From NCBI RefSeq assembly GCF_004010195.1, contig NC_057718.1, positions 19,482,104 to 19,546,103 of the forward strand: DNA of 64,000 nucleotides, written 5' to 3'. Position 1 is the first letter of the stretch. Every line of letters starts with the position of its first letter. The DNA is from Chiloscyllium plagiosum (Eukaryota). Below the pieces are notes generated by a model that did not search any database, was not told the DNA's origin, and saw only the letters and a program-made list of their open reading frames with translations. The translations under genes and the position numbers were made by a program. Positions 59,460 to 64,000 of the stretch are shown here, one piece after another.

Positions 59460-59810
59460 AAACAACAACTGTATTACATAGCAACCCAAAGGTAAGAATG
59501 TCCGAAAGTACTTCATTAAATCATAATAAGGAAAATTTGACACCAAATTTCATCAGGCAATATTAGGACAGATGGCCCAAAGCTTGATCAAAAACATTGA
59601 TTTTGGAGGGCTTTGATTTTGGAGGGCTGTTTTAAAGGAGGGGGCACAGTGATGTACTGAGTGGGAATTCCAGAGCTTGGGCCTCAGTGACTGAAGGCCC
59701 GGCTACCAATGACACAGCAAAAAACATTCAGATACTTTAAAGGCCAGGGTTGGATGAGTGCAGATATCTTGGAAGGCTGTTGGGCTGGAAGAGGTTATGG
59801 AGAAGGGGGA
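59460..59810 (-). mobile_element. L2-like LINE 3' fragment
   Basis: It is homologous to 18830-19130 (atattaggaca...tttaaaggag...ttccagagct...tgaaggc...ccaatg). Confidence 0.55.
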
Positions 59811-59843
59811 AAAGTAAGCTATGGAAGTTACAGACGTCAGGTA

Positions 59844-60123
59844 TCATAGAACCCCAACCCGTGTGGAAGCAGGCCCATCGAGTCCACACCGACCCTCTGA
59901 AGAGCAGCTCACCCAGACTCACCCACCCCACCCCTTAACCCTGCATTTCCCATGGTCAATTCACCAAACTTGCAAATCTTTGGACTGTAGGAGGAAACCA
60001 GAGCACCTAGAGGAAACCCACATAGACATGGTGAAAATGTACAAACTTCACACAGACAGTCGCCCGAGGGTGGGATCAATTCCCGATCCCTGGTGCTGCG
60101 AGGCAGCAGGGTTAACCACTGAA
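59844..60123 (-). mobile_element. HE1-like V-SINE
   Basis: It has the same head, central domain and tail organisation as the other copies. Confidence 0.85.
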
Positions 60124-63019
60124 TCACTAAGCTGTCCTTATTGGAGAGCTGGAACCTGACTTAACTGTACGATTCTGTTCTAAACTAATCACACATCAGA
60201 GGCTTTGCTCTTTAAATAGAAAAATAGCATCAATCAACAGATAAGGATTTCAGGAAATCAAAATTCCATTTCATTATATTTTCTCTAAAAATTCTCAACC
60301 CTTAGAAATTCTGTAAGTGCTGGCCAGTGAAGCAGTGTCACTGCGGGCCACAGTTAGTGCTTCCAAAAGACCTGAGCTTAGTTTTAACCTTCCAATCTCC
60401 CAACCCAGACTGGTGACCACACACATAAATAGGACTGTAGCAAGGAAAACAGCTCAAATGCCTGTTGCTATTTGCTTCACCACTTCTATTGGAATGTTGT
60501 TAAATAAATAGTTACAGAGCTCAGGATTTCTAACTCTGGAAAGCTACTATTAAAATAGTTTACATGCATTGGCTTGGTGAGCTTATTCCATTTATATTAA
60601 CAACCTTAGCAGCTCATACAAATTTGTTAGATTAATAATGAAAGCAAAATATTGTGGGAGCTGAAAATCAGAAACACCATCAGAAGGTGCCGGGAGGATC
60701 CGGCCACACCTGTGGAGAGAGAAAAACAATAATAACATCTCTTGAAAATGTTTCTTCAGAACACTCTGTGACTGATTGAGGGACCTGACGTTAGGAAGAC
60801 GCTGACAGCCACCCTGCCTGTCCTTACCCGTGGATATCTCCTGTAACCCCTACCCTATCCCATCCTCACATACCTGTGGCCTAGCTCTCTCACTGATCCT
60901 GGGCCTCTGTTGGATACACTGCTTACTTGCAGCCAACGTTCCTCCGGTGGTGCTACCCGCAATGAAGGGTCACCGTTCTCTGATGGTCAACAGCTCCTGG
61001 TGACTCCTGGGTCCTTGAAGACCCATAGCTGGCCACATTTGGCACTTAACATCTTGGACCTTCTGCAAAGGAGGTGATGCCGAATTCTCAGACAGCCCTG
61101 TCACATTTTGATGAAATGGGTATTTAAATGGGAGATTAGCAAATACCATCAGAAATTCTGTAATTAATCTTCGAATGTTGCTATCAGAAGGTACATCCTC
61201 TGCCAAAGCCGTTATGGCTGAAATACACAGTGGGAAATGCACAAGAGACCTTTGGGTTGGTGCACCTTCTCTCTGGGACAATATCTAATCCCAGCAGCTC
61301 AGCCAAACTCAGGAATTGTTCAGAGTTGTCAGCTTTCAGGTGAATTAACAACAATCAGCCTGAACTCTGATGTTATGCATAATAAATGGGATCATTTTTC
61401 TTGCAAATAATTCTAGCCACACAACACTGTGAAACCATCTTATATTTATGTTCCTTATTAAATAATTCAAAAAATGGTAATGTTACTGGACAAGTAATCC
61501 TGAAACTTGGACTAATTCTCTGAAGCGCTCCAATCCCATGACAGCAGCTAGGAGCTTTTAACTTCAGTTTATTAATCAAGATGGATTATAAAGATTCAAC
61601 CCTCATAAAACAACTGCACTGAAGCCAGTATCCTGTCACCAAGTCACCCTTTATTTACATGTGCACAGTACATAGCCTCTGACCAACCAGCTCACAGCCA
61701 GTCCCTAGACTGAGGGGACCTTCTGAATCCCCTATATATATCTGTCAATCAGGGCTCCCTGATTGGCCCAAGTTAATAGCCCCATTTCAGGATCTCATAG
61801 TCAATGGGATCCACTTGGTCCTGGTTCCAATTGGTTTCCATACTGGGAGGTGATCTGCGAGGTTTCCCAATCCAGATTTAATCAAGCACAAGTTGGAGTG
61901 GGATCCCAAAGGCCCTCCCTCCTCTTAACCCACCACCATGGGGTGGGAGTCAGAAAATTCCACCCTGTGCAAGCTTCTGACCCTCATTCAAGCCTGACAG
62001 GGGGCCCAAAATACTCACAGTGATAACACTGCCTCATGATTCAACTTCAATGAGGAAAAGGAATTCAAGAGTTTGAATTACAATTCTTCCATATTCATAC
62101 TTCATTATAACTTTAAATCTAAATGCATTTCCTGGCAACTTAACATCATCAATTACTCTGGCCACTGTAATATTTGTTAACTGCAATTCCACCCTCCTAC
62201 CAGTGGAGACAGTGCAGCAAAACCTCTGGCAGAGTCTAACCAAAGGGTGACGAGTTTACATAGGCAATCTCCATTTGAAATGTAGACATAGGAATTTATA
62301 GCGGAATTATAAAAATGAAGACATGTCCTGTGTATACCACAGGAGCTCAGCCAATGTTGATCTGTGGCTGCTGTGCTAAATTATTAACAAACAACAAACA
62401 ACCACATTAACTGTTTCGTCAAAAGAAACTGCAATTACAATAATTTGCAGAATATTTGGATTTCCACAGAAACAAAAAAGCAAAGTATCACTTTTACAAT
62501 CTGACTGAGCATCCTCAGAAGAATTCCAAAGAGAGAAAAATATAAGGAAGCCAGCCAAGACAAACATCTGGGTTTTTTTTTATTTCTTCAATAAGTTTGG
62601 AAGGAACTGCAGGTGCAAAACATGGAAAAGGTTTAAAAATGAATATGTGTCAAATGGTTCAGACAAGTTGAAACTTTGAAAAAAAATCTCAATGTCACAC
62701 ACTCTCTCTCTCTCTACTTCCATCAAGAGAAGTTGTAGAAATTGTTTTTGTAATCTTCCACTTCCCATTTTAGGAATAGTACTGTGTGTCTATATGACTA
62801 GTCCATGTTATCTGAGATGATGGATAACCTCTCTAATTAATGAGTAGTTAGAACACCTTACAATAATCCAAAGTATGTTTTGTATTCAAGATAAAGATAA
62901 TAATTAAAATGAAGAAAGAATGACATATATTAAATTTGTTAAGTATGTTTTGTGTTCCTTCTTCACCTGGCAGCATTTCTATCATAGTTCTAGATGGCAC
63001 ATTGATAAGCTTTCCAACA

Positions 63020-63490
63020 ACAACTTATGTTTATAGAGCACAATTTAATGGAATAAAAGGCCCAAGGGTGTTTTACAGGAGCATTTTAAAACAAAATATA
63101 ACATTCAGGGACTTGAGATATTAGGGCAAATGATTGAAAGCTTGGTCAAGAATTAGGAGTGTCTTCAGCAAGGCAACATAGGTAGAGAGAAGGAAGCATG
63201 GAACCCACATAACTGGAGGTAACGGTGTCGAGATTATAATTGGGAACGCACAAGAGGGCAGAGGATGGTGAGGCGGCTGGAGATTACAGAGGTTGGAAAG
63301 GACAATGTCATAGAAGGATCCTGAAAACTTGGATGAGAATTTGAAAGTCAAGTTGCTGCTTGACTGACAGCAAATGTAGATCAATGATAATAGAGGTGAG
63401 ACTTACTGTAGGTTAAGGCACAGGCAGCAGAGAATTGGATGACCTCAAGTTTACAAAAAGTAGAAAGTGGGAAATATTATTGGAATGGCT
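63020..63490 (-). mobile_element. L2-like LINE 3' fragment
   Basis: It is homologous to 18830-19350 (gatattagggca...gctggagattacagag...gagaatttgaaagtcaag...gcagagaattggatga). Confidence 0.55.
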
Positions 63491-63499
63491 GTAAATTGT

Positions 63500-64000
63500 G
63501 GGAGGGAAATGATCGACAATGCCTGGGTGTCCTCGTGTGTAAGTTACTGAAAGTAAATTTGCAGGTGCAGCAGGCAGTAAAGTAAGTAAATGGGAAGTTG
63601 GCTTTCATGGCGAGAGGGTTCAAGCACAGGAACAAGGATATCTTGCTGCAATTATACAGGGCCTTGGTGAGGCCACAGACGGAATACTGTGTGTAATTTT
63701 GGTCTCCTTATCCAATGAAGGATATTCTTGTTTTGGAGGGAGGGCAGTGAAGGTTTCCCAAATGGATCCTTTGGATTGCTGGACTGATATATAAGGAGGC
63801 ATTAACCTGGTTAGGTTTGTACTCACTGGTTTTAGAAGAATGAGGAGGAATCACATGAAAATTCTAACAGGGCTAGGAAGGGTAGGTGCACAACAGATGT
63901 TCCCGATGGTGGGGGAGTCCAGAACTGGGGGTCAGAGTTTAAGTCTAAGGGATAAATCTTTTTAGGACTAAGATGAGGAAAAATGTCTTCACCCAGAGAG
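63500..64000 (+). mobile_element. CR1 LINE ORF2 C-terminal fragment (runs off the window end)
   Basis: It shows gcaattatacagggccttggtgaggccacagacggaatactgtgtg (LYRALVRP..EYC) and ends in ttcacccagagag (FTQR). Confidence 0.9.

Noticed and set aside
61620..62027. Possible solo LTR (TATATATA at about 61733, minus-strand AATAAA at about 61650, ends in taaca)
   Set aside because: I found no convincing TSD or second copy in the window, so I cannot support it without a repeat library.
30308..64000. Preceding LTBP1L exon (EGF-like, CQNGGMCLRPQLC-type)
   Set aside because: I could not find it, so it probably lies beyond the window end. A short divergent exon could have been missed.

Overview
This is vertebrate nuclear DNA, almost certainly from a shark, judging by its HE1-like V-SINEs, Deu-domain SINEs, CR1 LINEs and Penelope-like elements. 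It is not prokaryotic. The window lies inside LTBP1 (latent TGF-beta binding protein 1) on the minus strand. Two coding exons are recognisable: a long-isoform exon at 30147-30307 and a shared exon at 13119-13286. The shared exon extends 5' to an ATG at 13341 that encodes the short-isoform (LTBP1S) signal peptide. The rest is intron, densely filled with decayed transposable elements, and there are two assembly gaps (6398-6403, 57388-58054). The most notable non-genic signal is a set of minimal hammerhead-ribozyme motifs (CUGANGA-A-stemII-GAAA-NN-UH) in three Penelope-derived repeat families. Four copies form ~190-215 bp fold-back mini-elements flanked by 12-14 bp target-site duplications (TSDs). 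Exon, TSD and hammerhead coordinates were counted by hand; other repeat boundaries are approximate, and family names come from recall rather than a database search.
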